Source of the DNA: an uncultured Ignavibacteriota bacterium
Lineage (GTDB): Bacteria; Bacteroidota; Ignavibacteria; UBA10030; UBA8401
Direction: 5' to 3'
Length of the DNA stretch: 64,000 bases
Assembly (NCBI GenBank): GCA_903861125.1
Contig: CAIOTF010000014.1
Location: 54,497 to 118,496, forward strand
This document shows positions 9,341-18,526 of the stretch, piece by piece. Below the pieces are notes generated by a model. That model ran no database searches. It was not told the origin of the DNA and saw nothing but the letters and a program-made list of their open reading frames with translations. The stretch's first letter is position 1. The number at the start of each line of letters is the position of its first letter. Made by a program: the position numbers and the translations under genes.

Positions 9341-10369
9341 GTGAATAAAGAATCGGTTTTTCATACTGTAAAGAATCTATTACTGATCAAACCCCGTGCC
9401 ATCGGAGATATTCTTCTTTCTACGCCAGTTATCAAGAATTTGAAAATTCAATTTCCAGATATTCAGATTGACTTCCTGTGTGAAAATTTTGCCCTTGATG
9501 TTGTTATGGGGAATCCCTATCTGCGAGAGGTGTTGGCGTTTGATAAAAAAAAGGATTCAACAGTATCGGTAATCAGTCGCATTCGTCAAAAAAAATACGA
9601 TATGGTAATCGATCTTTTTAGTAACCCGCGAACAGCACTGATGACCCGGTTCAGCGGTGCAAAACACAGGGTAGGTTTTCCATTCAGGGGACGTGCCTAC
9701 GCTTATAATATCCATATATCTCCTCGTGGTGGCGAAGTCCACAATATTGATTTTAACCTTGATGTGTTGCGTCATTTTGGTTTGACTATTGAGGATCCCC
9801 GGCCGGATTTTTTTGTTGGCAGTAGAGAGGATTTAACGGCGCAGACTTGGTTCAAAGAGCGTAATTTCTTGCCTGGTAGTATTGTCGGGATCAATCCAAG
9901 CGGAGGGTGGTATACAAAAAAATGGAATTCTGATTCATACGCACGCTTAGCTGACCGGATTATTGTGAATGATAAAAAGAATATAGTATTCTTCTGGGGT
10001 CCGGGAGAATATGACGATGTTCAAAAAATACGCGAGCAGATGATTCACAAGAGTGAAATAATTCCAAAAACCAACTTAAAAGAAATGGCTGCATTCCTTC
10101 AATCATGTACATATCTAATCAGCAACGATTCTGGCCCGATGCATATCGCCGCATCACTTGGCGTTCCAACGCTTGGTATCTATGGACCGACAAATCCTTA
10201 TTTGCAAGGCCCGTATGGAAAAAATAACCATTGGGTAAGACATGAAGCATTGGATTGCTTGGAATGTAATCTTACCGAATGCCCGATCGGTAATGTCTGT
10301 ATGAAAGACCTTTCTGTAGATACAGTGTATAATGCTTATCAACTGATCAAAAATATTAATTCGAAATAG
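9341..10369 (+). CDS. Glycosyltransferase family 9 (ADP-heptose:LPS heptosyltransferase-like)
   Basis: Motifs LLIKPRAIGDILLSTPVIKNLK and C-terminal SNDSGPMHIAASLGVPTLGIYGPTNP are typical of the RfaF/WaaC/WaaQ family. GTG start. Confidence 0.75.
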   Translation: MNKESVFHTVKNLLLIKPRAIGDILLSTPVIKNLKIQFPDIQIDFLCENFALDVVMGNPYLREVLAFDKKKDSTVSVISRIRQKKYDMVIDLFSNPRTALMTRFSGAKHRVGFPFRGRAYAYNIHISPRGGEVHNIDFNLDVLRHFGLTIEDPRPDFFVGSREDLTAQTWFKERNFLPGSIVGINPSGGWYTKKWNSDSYARLADRIIVNDKKNIVFFWGPGEYDDVQKIREQMIHKSEIIPKTNLKEMAAFLQSCTYLISNDSGPMHIAASLGVPTLGIYGPTNPYLQGPYGKNNHWVRHEALDCLECNLTECPIGNVCMKDLSVDTVYNAYQLIKNINSK

Positions 10370-10370
10370 T

Positions 10371-11525
10371 ATGGCAAAAAAAATAATTCGTAAGAAAAAA
10401 TCGTCAAAAAAACTTTTCATCCCCGATTGTAAACGGTTTACTGGATACAAACCGTGCTTTCCCGGGACGGCTTGTTATAAAGAATGTGTAGATCATCAGC
10501 CCATCGGGAAGAAAATACTCATTGTAAATTTAGATGCTATGGGGGCTGTAGTGCAAACAACTGCGATGCTTCCTGCAATTAAAAGAAAATATCCTAATAG
10601 TCATATCTCATGGATTACGCTGAAAAATTCGTACCGTTTGCTTGATAATAATCCGCTGCTCGATGCCGTATACGTGTGGGAACCGGAAAATTGGCTCATC
10701 CTTCAGCAGATTGAATTCGACGTTGTTTACCAAACGGACAAAACGAAACGGTCGTGTGCCTTCGGAAATACTCTGAAAGCAAAGGAAAAGATAGGTTTTG
10801 GACTGAATAAAAGCGGTCAGATCGTTCCCTTGAACAAAGAAGCCGAATACAGCTACATTCTTGGTCTTGATGACGATCTGAAATTCCATAAAAACGAACA
10901 ATACGGCACTCAGATTCTCCAGGAATCGATGAAATTGAAATTCAAAAGAGACGAGTACATTCTTGAATTGTCTGCGGAAGAGAAACAATTCTGTGACAAC
11001 TATAAGAGCGAAAACGGTTTGAACAACGGAGATCTGATCGTTGGGTTCAATACCGGATGCTCATATCTCTATCAGAACAAAAAAATGACGATTGATCAGC
11101 ATGTACAATTGATCAATACAATGTATTCACTGAAGGGTATCCGGCTGGTGATAGTCGGCGGACCCGAAGATACGGAACGAAACGCAGAGATCGTCAGAAG
11201 GGTTGGGGAGAAGGTTTTAAGCACGCCAACGACTGAAGGAGTGCGCAGAGGAATCTGTTACGAAAATATCTGCGATGTAATTATTACCGGTGATTCGTTC
11301 GGCATGCATGTTGCCATAGGACTGAAAAAACAAGTTATCGCATGGTTCGGTTTAAGCTGCTGGAACGAAATTGACGTGTACGATCGTGGAATTAAACTTA
11401 TTCCTACGGGATTGTTTTGTGCACCATGCTGGAAAAAACAATGTCCGCATAATCTGGAATGTATCTCAATGATTGATCAACACGTCATTGTCTCAGAAGT
11501 GAAACGGATGGCGGCAAAAAAGTAA
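10371..11525 (+). CDS. Glycosyltransferase family 9 (heptosyltransferase-like) with extra N- and C-terminal cysteine clusters
   Basis: KILIVNLDAMGAVVQTTAMLPAIKRKYPNSHISWIT and ITGDSFGMHVAIGLKKQVIAWFG place it in GT9. The N-terminus has C-x8-C-x5-C-x3-C and the C-terminus has C-x2-C-x4-C-x5-C. Confidence 0.7.
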   Translation: MAKKIIRKKKSSKKLFIPDCKRFTGYKPCFPGTACYKECVDHQPIGKKILIVNLDAMGAVVQTTAMLPAIKRKYPNSHISWITLKNSYRLLDNNPLLDAVYVWEPENWLILQQIEFDVVYQTDKTKRSCAFGNTLKAKEKIGFGLNKSGQIVPLNKEAEYSYILGLDDDLKFHKNEQYGTQILQESMKLKFKRDEYILELSAEEKQFCDNYKSENGLNNGDLIVGFNTGCSYLYQNKKMTIDQHVQLINTMYSLKGIRLVIVGGPEDTERNAEIVRRVGEKVLSTPTTEGVRRGICYENICDVIITGDSFGMHVAIGLKKQVIAWFGLSCWNEIDVYDRGIKLIPTGLFCAPCWKKQCPHNLECISMIDQHVIVSEVKRMAAKK

Positions 11526-11572
11526 TTCTTTAAAATCACGACCGGTCAACCTTCCTCAGATGATCGGAATGA

Positions 11573-12058
11573 TCACGGCTTTACCCCTTTTTCCAAAAGG
11601 TAATCTGGAAATTTTTTCTTCTCGTATTGATTTTCCGCAATAAAACTCAACACATAGATGAACCTGCCTGGCTCAATGTAACCGGGTAGCATGGTGATAG
11701 CTTCGCCATTGCTTTTCAGGAACAGTGTTGCAGGATAACCGGTAATGCTCATCCCTTGCACGAAGTCAGATGGTCTCATCTTATGTCCTGAATAGGTTAT
11801 TGTGTCTTTGGCTTCTGCATTTAATTTGATGATAACAAAATTCTTTTCAAGATATTCCGTTATGTGCTTGTCGGAATATGTTTTGGAATCCATGGTCTTA
11901 CACCAGGTGCACCAATCCGTATACACATCTATCAAGATCTTTTTCCCGGAAATTCTTGCTATGTTTAATCCTTCATCGAATTTATTCCAACGAGGGGTTT
12001 TTGCGACTGACATAGTTGAGATGAAGAGCACAAGCAGAATAAGCAGAGTTTTTTTCAT
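11573..12058 (-). CDS. Periplasmic thioredoxin-fold thiol:disulfide oxidoreductase
   Basis: Signal peptide MKKTLLILLVLFISTMSVA and the WCTWC (CxxC) active-site motif. It is the last gene of the long minus-strand operon. Confidence 0.65.
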   Translation of the reverse strand: MKKTLLILLVLFISTMSVAKTPRWNKFDEGLNIARISGKKILIDVYTDWCTWCKTMDSKTYSDKHITEYLEKNFVIIKLNAEAKDTITYSGHKMRPSDFVQGMSITGYPATLFLKSNGEAITMLPGYIEPGRFIYVLSFIAENQYEKKKFPDYLLEKGVKP

Positions 12059-12097
12059 AATGATTGTTGTTGAGGATAAATAAAAAAGTGAAAATAA

Positions 12098-13132
12098 TTA
12101 ATTTCCATTGAACGATTGCTGCAAAATCATGTCAATACGCGAAAGAACCGAGCCGATAGGAATCTCATCAAATGTACACATTTTTGGATCGCCGGGACAT
12201 CGCTGCTGGCAAAATCCTGCGGTCGGTTCTATCACTTCCGATCTGTTTCCAAGTGAACCCCACAATTTTGACGAACAAGCAGGAAGAGGACAAAACATTG
12301 TTACTGTGGGTACTTTTAATGCGGCAGCAATATGCTGTGTACCGGTGCTGGATGAGACCAACACTGAAAGCATGCTGCAGAGTGCAATCAATTCCCGAAG
12401 GTCGCTACCCGAATAGACAATATGCTTTTTTTTGAATTGTTCGAATTGGTTCTCCATATGAGTGTTTGCAACACCAATATTGATGAACAATTGGTGTCGA
12501 TCTGAGAGTTTTTCGCACAGATTTACATATTGTTCAGGTTTCCAGTTCGGCACTGAATTATTTGAACTGGGATTGATACCAATAACCGGTTTATCCGGAT
12601 CGAAGCCTCGTTCAGCCAAAAAATTCTTCGCGTGTTCTTTTTCTTCGTTAGTGACAAATAATTCTGTTGCGATATCATCGACAGTTATGCCGATCTTTCT
12701 GCCAAGATCCATCACATAGTCAGCCTCGTGACGAAGAGGAATGTATTTATTTCTGCTCACTGTTTTTGTTCCGGTGAGGATCTGATAAATTTTTCCACCA
12801 ACCCCGATCCGCTGTTGTATTCCTGCAAGGAACATCATCCATGCATGCCGTTCACGCGGTAGCGGCATTAGTCCTGTATCGAACTTCAGCGAACGCAGAT
12901 GAGCAACTTGATTCCAAAACCCCTTTCTTCCAGAATTAGCACCGTGCGGATCGTCGGTAATCAGAAGGTCAATGTTAGGGTTATTCTTAAGCAAAACGCC
13001 TGAAACTGAATTTACCATCACACCGACAAAGGAATTCGGAAACGATTGTTTCACAGCGCGGATGAGAGGAGTTGTGAGAACAACATCACCGATACGGTCC
13101 GGACGGATGATAAGAATTCGGCGTGGTGTCAT
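12098..13132 (-). CDS. Glycosyltransferase family 9 (heptosyltransferase-like)
   Basis: RILIIRPDRIGDVVLTTPLIRAVKQSFPNSFVGVMV and VSSSTGTQHIAAALKVPTVTMFCP. Confidence 0.75.
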   Translation of the reverse strand: MTPRRILIIRPDRIGDVVLTTPLIRAVKQSFPNSFVGVMVNSVSGVLLKNNPNIDLLITDDPHGANSGRKGFWNQVAHLRSLKFDTGLMPLPRERHAWMMFLAGIQQRIGVGGKIYQILTGTKTVSRNKYIPLRHEADYVMDLGRKIGITVDDIATELFVTNEEKEHAKNFLAERGFDPDKPVIGINPSSNNSVPNWKPEQYVNLCEKLSDRHQLFINIGVANTHMENQFEQFKKKHIVYSGSDLRELIALCSMLSVLVSSSTGTQHIAAALKVPTVTMFCPLPACSSKLWGSLGNRSEVIEPTAGFCQQRCPGDPKMCTFDEIPIGSVLSRIDMILQQSFNGN

Positions 13133-14160
13133 TGCAGAACTTGTTTATAGACAGCAAGTGTTTTTTCTGCTACGGTGCTCCAAAGGAATTCCTTTTTAAT
13201 ATGTTCTCTGAGGGCCGAAGTCTTTTGAGCATTCAACGCATGTATAATGCCATTCCTGATCGATTCTACGGAACGCGGTTCAACATAAACCGCATGTGAT
13301 TCGAAATAATCTTTGGTGCCGCCGTACGGAGTGATAACAATCTTTGCTCCGGCAAGTGCTGCTTCGAGAGCCGCAATACCGGGTGTCTCAAAAAGAGAAG
13401 GAAGGGCGAAAACACTGCATGCTGCATATGCCGAGGCAAGCATTTCTGAATCGTTCTCAAGTCCGTCAATGAGGAGAATGTTCTTCGAAAGTTTTGTCTC
13501 TTCCAGACATTGTTTTCCTTCGGAAGTTCCTGAGATTTTTCCGATGATGACTGCCGGATGATCGACATTTTTTAACGCTTTGATGAGTTGAAGTACATTC
13601 TTTCGTGCGGGACCGATATGACCGACATTAAGAATGAAATTATCGATGCCGTATTTTTTTTTGAACAAAGAAGGATCACCGTGTTCAAAGCGTGCTTCAA
13701 CTCCGTTGGGCACAACCGATATCTTTCCGGGTGCAATACCTAATCCGTTACCAAGCAGTGTTGCCTCATCACGCGTATTCGGCAGAACTGATTTAGACCA
13801 ATTGCAAATCTGCTGCGTATAATCATAACTCGTCCAGATACCGGATTTGAAATGTTTCAAAGTCTTTGATATCCCGAGGATCGTCCGGATATATGCCGGA
13901 GAATGCTCGGTGAAAAAAATCGATGAACTTACGAAGGGAATATTGAAATTATTCATTACACTTGCCAAATGAAATGTTCCCAGGTTAGCCGAGAATAGAT
14001 GAACGAGATCGCACGATGTGCGGTCAAACTGTTCCCACGGATGGAAAAGGGAGACATGTACGCCGAGTTTTTCCAGTTCATTCTTTGTTTGCAGGATCTG
14101 GACACGCGGTCCGCCATGCAGCAGGGATAATGATTGATATGTTGCAAAAGTTATGTTCAT
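13129..14160 (-). CDS. Glycosyltransferase family 4 (GT-B, group 1)
   Basis: C-terminal E-x7-E region ETPGIAALEAALAGAKIVITPYGGTKDYF. There are 4-nt overlaps with both neighbouring genes. Confidence 0.7.
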   Translation of the reverse strand: MNITFATYQSLSLLHGGPRVQILQTKNELEKLGVHVSLFHPWEQFDRTSCDLVHLFSANLGTFHLASVMNNFNIPFVSSSIFFTEHSPAYIRTILGISKTLKHFKSGIWTSYDYTQQICNWSKSVLPNTRDEATLLGNGLGIAPGKISVVPNGVEARFEHGDPSLFKKKYGIDNFILNVGHIGPARKNVLQLIKALKNVDHPAVIIGKISGTSEGKQCLEETKLSKNILLIDGLENDSEMLASAYAACSVFALPSLFETPGIAALEAALAGAKIVITPYGGTKDYFESHAVYVEPRSVESIRNGIIHALNAQKTSALREHIKKEFLWSTVAEKTLAVYKQVLQ

Positions 14161-15680
14161 TCAGTAGTCTTTATCCACCAATCAAGTGCATTCTGAAGTA
14201 TATGACGTGCATCGAATGTGCGGGAACTCATAATATTTTTAGGTGATTCTATCTCTCTTTTGACCATGGTGAAGGAAACTTTGTTCAAATCAATTTTCCC
14301 ATTGATGCTGATGATTGCTTCACTGAGATCAGGTAAAATGATACGGCAGTAAGTGTCACCCGACGAAGATTCTATCGTTCCGTCTGAAAATCTTAATTGT
14401 GGAAGCGTTGAAGACCGTTGTTTCCACCAGTCTGAATATTGTGTATACGAAAGTTTCAGAATATTTCGCTCGTTAATATAACGAAAAACTTCTTCAAAGA
14501 CTCCGTTGTGTTCATGCGTGGGGTGATGATACAGACAGATCGGTTCGTTTAGCAGTATGTTTGTATCGATCACAGTCCGGTAATGTGCCGCCATTTCCTC
14601 ATCGCTCATCCGGGCGCGAAGCATCGTCCCGATACAGACCGGATGGATGGGGAGCTGCGGGAACGGTAGAAACCGGTTCTTCATGAACGGATATGAAGGG
14701 AGATTATCGTAATCATATGCAAATTCGGATGAATATTGAAATCCGAGCGACTCAATAGCCTCTGCATATTCTTTGTTCCATTCACCTGTGGGTGCTGTAA
14801 TGCCCTTTGGATTCAGATTGTTCTTACGGAGAAGCATAAGTGCTTTTTCGAAATTCTCTCTGTTCAATATTGTGCTGCGGTGCAGCAGATGTTCATAACA
14901 ATGAACGCCGATCTCCTGGTGCTCGAATTTTTTGAAATAGGGAAGCCACGATTCATGGCTTTTTACGTCCAGGAACCATGTGGTTGGAATATAGTGGCGC
15001 TCGCTCAACTGATAGATCTGTTCGATCTGACTTTGCGTACCCTTGTCTGAATCGATCCTCATCGTGAATACAGTCGGTTCGGAATCGGGGTAATACCATT
15101 GATGAACAAAGGGCATCTGTTGAAGATGATGAAGTTTCTGTATTAGAGAAAAGATCAGTTGTCTTAGCGTGCCTTTGCTGCGCAAGGCCACAGTTTCGTT
15201 GGGCATTCTTCCGGTATTTCGGTAGAAATTATTTCTTTGCGAATTAGTAGAGATAGCCACATTGATATCTATCCCAAGGTATGCTTTCCATCCATCGCCG
15301 AATGGTTCAACGTCGGCAAAGTCGTTATTATGGAAAAAAGAAACGCGGGAAAACAAATCAAGGATGCCGTTGAATTGGTAGAGATCATTTTTTGATGGCG
15401 GTAAAGAGCGAACGAATGATTTCGATACGGTCCTGTCATCTACTGCATTTACAGAATTCGTTGTATACAACACGGATCCGCCGCGGCGAACAAAATCCTC
15501 TAAACTAGTTTGCAGGAACGTATCCATTGTGCCGTTGACAATGATAACGGAAAAATCATTCAGCAGGTTAGAACCATCTGACACAACAGAAAAAGGAATG
15601 CCGATCTGGCGTAAGACCAATTCCCAGACCGGTTCGTAACGAACCAACCCGATCTGCATTATGAAAGGATTATTTCGCAT
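14157..15680 (-). CDS. Hypothetical protein with a divergent polysaccharide-deacetylase-like (CE4/NodB-fold) signature
   Basis: Loose matches to CE4 motifs: RIDSD, HCYEH (an H-x3-H), and LYHHPTHE. It sits between two GT4 genes. The similarity is weak. Confidence 0.35.
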   Translation of the reverse strand: MRNNPFIMQIGLVRYEPVWELVLRQIGIPFSVVSDGSNLLNDFSVIIVNGTMDTFLQTSLEDFVRRGGSVLYTTNSVNAVDDRTVSKSFVRSLPPSKNDLYQFNGILDLFSRVSFFHNNDFADVEPFGDGWKAYLGIDINVAISTNSQRNNFYRNTGRMPNETVALRSKGTLRQLIFSLIQKLHHLQQMPFVHQWYYPDSEPTVFTMRIDSDKGTQSQIEQIYQLSERHYIPTTWFLDVKSHESWLPYFKKFEHQEIGVHCYEHLLHRSTILNRENFEKALMLLRKNNLNPKGITAPTGEWNKEYAEAIESLGFQYSSEFAYDYDNLPSYPFMKNRFLPFPQLPIHPVCIGTMLRARMSDEEMAAHYRTVIDTNILLNEPICLYHHPTHEHNGVFEEVFRYINERNILKLSYTQYSDWWKQRSSTLPQLRFSDGTIESSSGDTYCRIILPDLSEAIISINGKIDLNKVSFTMVKREIESPKNIMSSRTFDARHILQNALDWWIKTTE

Positions 15681-16653
15681 TGATCAAGGAGTCAATGTGG
15701 GAGGTTAGTTGTTGTTCCCGTTTATGTTTTGTAAATAATGTTGCAATACGTTCACGAGCCGATGAATTATTATTTTGCGCTAACCCAGTCATTACGGCTT
15801 TCACAGCATCTTGAACATTCCCATAGTCTATAATGCTGCCGGATTCTCCAATCGCTGTAGGAATACCTCCAACATTGGTCCCAATGGGGTAACATTCGCA
15901 CAACATCGCTTCGCAGACTGTGTTTGGCAATCCTTCGCGTAGCGATGGTTGCAGGTACACAGATGCTTTCTGATAGTATGCCAGCAGTTCAGTTTGCGGA
16001 ACAAATTCAATAACTACAATATTAGAAGGGATGGCAAATTGTTTTGTAATCTCATTTTTCATTCCAACAAGAACGAACGATTGCTTCGGCATTGCAGAAG
16101 CAATATCGAATAAAAAATCTATTCCTTTGATCCTAACACGTGTAAGACTGTCGCACTGTGCAACGGTCAGAATGATCTTTTCTTTTGTTCTTCCCGGTTC
16201 CCAACGGCCGGAATCGTATCCGGTGGGAACGATATGAATATTCTTCCCGTCATACCGGGCAAGCCGTATCGCATCTTGTCTTAGAGAATCATCAACGGCG
16301 AGGACAATGTCAGCATTCATGATTCCATATCGTACGATCTTCGATTTCCACCTACTGTTCCAAATACCGTAGTCCAATTCATGCATGTTCGCAACATCCA
16401 CTCCGCCAAGGACAATGATCGATTCTTTGCCGAATAACTTCGCAAGGAAAACAAGGACAGATGAGTAGACTGAGGCGAACCAGGAAAATGTTACATCGGA
16501 GGAGGGGAGTGCAAAAAGAAATTTTATAAAAGTTAATGGGCCTGAAGAAATGATTTCTTTAACAGAATACCGTGAGCGAAGAAAAGAAAAATCTTCCCGA
16601 ATGAAGGATGTAGAGAATGCTGCTGTGAACAATATTTTCGATTTTTTGTTCAC
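15670..16653 (-). CDS. Glycosyltransferase family 4
   Basis: REGLPNTVCEAMLCECYPIGTNVGGIPTAIGESGSIID, a GT4 E-x7-E motif. Confidence 0.7.
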   Translation of the reverse strand: MNKKSKILFTAAFSTSFIREDFSFLRSRYSVKEIISSGPLTFIKFLFALPSSDVTFSWFASVYSSVLVFLAKLFGKESIIVLGGVDVANMHELDYGIWNSRWKSKIVRYGIMNADIVLAVDDSLRQDAIRLARYDGKNIHIVPTGYDSGRWEPGRTKEKIILTVAQCDSLTRVRIKGIDFLFDIASAMPKQSFVLVGMKNEITKQFAIPSNIVVIEFVPQTELLAYYQKASVYLQPSLREGLPNTVCEAMLCECYPIGTNVGGIPTAIGESGSIIDYGNVQDAVKAVMTGLAQNNNSSARERIATLFTKHKREQQLTSHIDSLINAK

Positions 16654-16664
16654 GAAAGATCAGT

Positions 16665-17558
16665 CTAAAGACTAAACGTGATCGAAAATATATGGTTGGG
16701 GGAAAAGGCCCCGCTCATTGGAACGAAAGCGTAATCCAATCGAAGAATGCCGTATAGAACACCCGCACCTGTCGAAAATGATTTCGTCTCATATCCGGTT
16801 TGATATCCTCCGCGCAGCATGAACATTGAATCGTACACAGCCTCGGCTCCCAGTTGCAGATGAGTACCGTCGTCGTTCAATGTTTTTACGGCATCGCCGG
16901 CAGTGAGCAACAAAATTTCATTTGTAAGCGACAAGCCATAGGAAGCGCCAATCCGAACGGTTGTAGGAAGCACCGAACGTTCTGAACGTAAAATACCCAT
17001 CTTCCCGAGGTTAAGAAGGCTCATGCCGATATTAAGATTATCGAGTGCTTTATAGAAAATGCCGGCGTCAAATCCATAACCGCTTGCTTCATCAACGAAG
17101 ATCTTTTCATATAGTAATTTCCCGGTGAGACCGACCGTCAACTTATCCGATACAGAAAAAGCAGCGCCGATACCAAGGGCACCGTTGCGGGCTCCGAATG
17201 TTCCTTCGGCATCACCGGGGCGCAAGCGGACTTCAATGTTATTCACAGAAGTTGTATATGCAGAAATCCCGATTGAAACATCATTTCCCGGTATAGTTGC
17301 ACCGATATAATCAGCGGTTGTTTCGGCAAAACCTTGCCGATGGCTTATCATTAATTGTCGACCGGAGAAACGAATCGACGCAGGATTATAACCATACGAA
17401 GAGTGATCGTTAGTCACCGAAGTAAATGATTCACCCATTGCTACGGAACGAGCATCATTTCCTTGTTTGAGGAACGTCAAACCGGTATTGATACTTTGAG
17501 CGAAAGCAGAAAACGAGCAGAAGAGGAGAATAAATAATATGGTTCGTATCTTCGTCAT
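16665..17558 (-). CDS. FadL/PorV-like outer-membrane beta-barrel protein
   Basis: Signal peptide MTKIRTILFILLFCSFSAFAQ. N-terminal motif ARSVAMGESFTSVTNDHSSYGYNPASI is shared with ORFs 5723-6756 and 17555-18526. C-terminal aromatic residue. Confidence 0.5.
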   Translation of the reverse strand: MTKIRTILFILLFCSFSAFAQSINTGLTFLKQGNDARSVAMGESFTSVTNDHSSYGYNPASIRFSGRQLMISHRQGFAETTADYIGATIPGNDVSIGISAYTTSVNNIEVRLRPGDAEGTFGARNGALGIGAAFSVSDKLTVGLTGKLLYEKIFVDEASGYGFDAGIFYKALDNLNIGMSLLNLGKMGILRSERSVLPTTVRIGASYGLSLTNEILLLTAGDAVKTLNDDGTHLQLGAEAVYDSMFMLRGGYQTGYETKSFSTGAGVLYGILRLDYAFVPMSGAFSPNHIFSITFSL

Positions 17559-18526
17559 ATTCTTATCGAAAGAGAAATTACGTGAATGGAGAACAGACCG
17601 TACGGTTCAAGAATATAGGCATAATTCACAGAAGGTTTCCAATCCGTATAATCCGTCCGTACGGTAAATCCGAAAGAGGGGTGAGCTTGATCGGGTTTTT
17701 TCAGATCCCAACCGTCGATACCGGCACGAATGGTTATTGCTTCTATCGGGGTGACTTCGCCGCCAGCACGAATGATCAGAGTGGATCTGTTGCTACGTTC
17801 AAGTTCCGCTGAAAGCAATCCTCCAAAATCATCGAAGGCATAGGAGATACCCACTGCTTGCCGTTCCGGGAATTTATCGATAGTTGAATTTCCCAGCTGT
17901 CCGTAAAGATCGGAGGTATCCCATCGGTATTTTGCATTCACATCTTTATATGTACCGGCGATCATTAGTTTTGAGGTGATAGGATAGATGAAACCGAAAT
18001 CAAATCCGGCTCCGGTGGATGACAGTTTATCGAAAAGAGAGAAATAATATAATTTTGTTGTGAGTCCAATCGTCAATTTCCTGATCCGTAGTGCGAACGA
18101 CAGGGAGAATTGATTTTCGGAAACGGAATAGGTCTCAGTTTTGTAACCATCGTTATCCCGTCCGTCGATGTTTGACACTCCTGCATTAAGAATACCGAAT
18201 GAAATTCCGGCATTGGTATCGATCGGTTGAGAATAGTAGATCGAATTCAAACTTCGGTCGAGCGACAATATACCGTACGAAACAGACGCACTGTTGTTTT
18301 TCAGCAGGGCAATGGCGGCCGGATTATAGTAACCGGAATTCTCTCCTTCTTTTACAGCAGTTAAAGCATTTCCCATGCCCATTCCTCTTGCACCGAAACC
18401 CATGCGCGAAAATGCTCCGGGAGTTCCTGCAAGTTGTGCCGATGAGATTACGGTACACAACAATAATGCTGCCGATAGTATGGTTGCTCTATTGAATGAC
18501 AAGTATTTTTCCCCAGCGTGGTTCAT
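17555..18526 (-). CDS. FadL/PorV-like outer-membrane beta-barrel protein (paralog of the gene downstream)
   Basis: Signal peptide ...AALLLCTVISSAQ. Motif GARGMGMGNALTAVKEGENSGYYNPAAIA. The annotated start overlaps the upstream gene by 38 nt, so the true start may be later. Confidence 0.5.
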   Translation of the reverse strand: MNHAGEKYLSFNRATILSAALLLCTVISSAQLAGTPGAFSRMGFGARGMGMGNALTAVKEGENSGYYNPAAIALLKNNSASVSYGILSLDRSLNSIYYSQPIDTNAGISFGILNAGVSNIDGRDNDGYKTETYSVSENQFSLSFALRIRKLTIGLTTKLYYFSLFDKLSSTGAGFDFGFIYPITSKLMIAGTYKDVNAKYRWDTSDLYGQLGNSTIDKFPERQAVGISYAFDDFGGLLSAELERSNRSTLIIRAGGEVTPIEAITIRAGIDGWDLKKPDQAHPSFGFTVRTDYTDWKPSVNYAYILEPYGLFSIHVISLSIRI

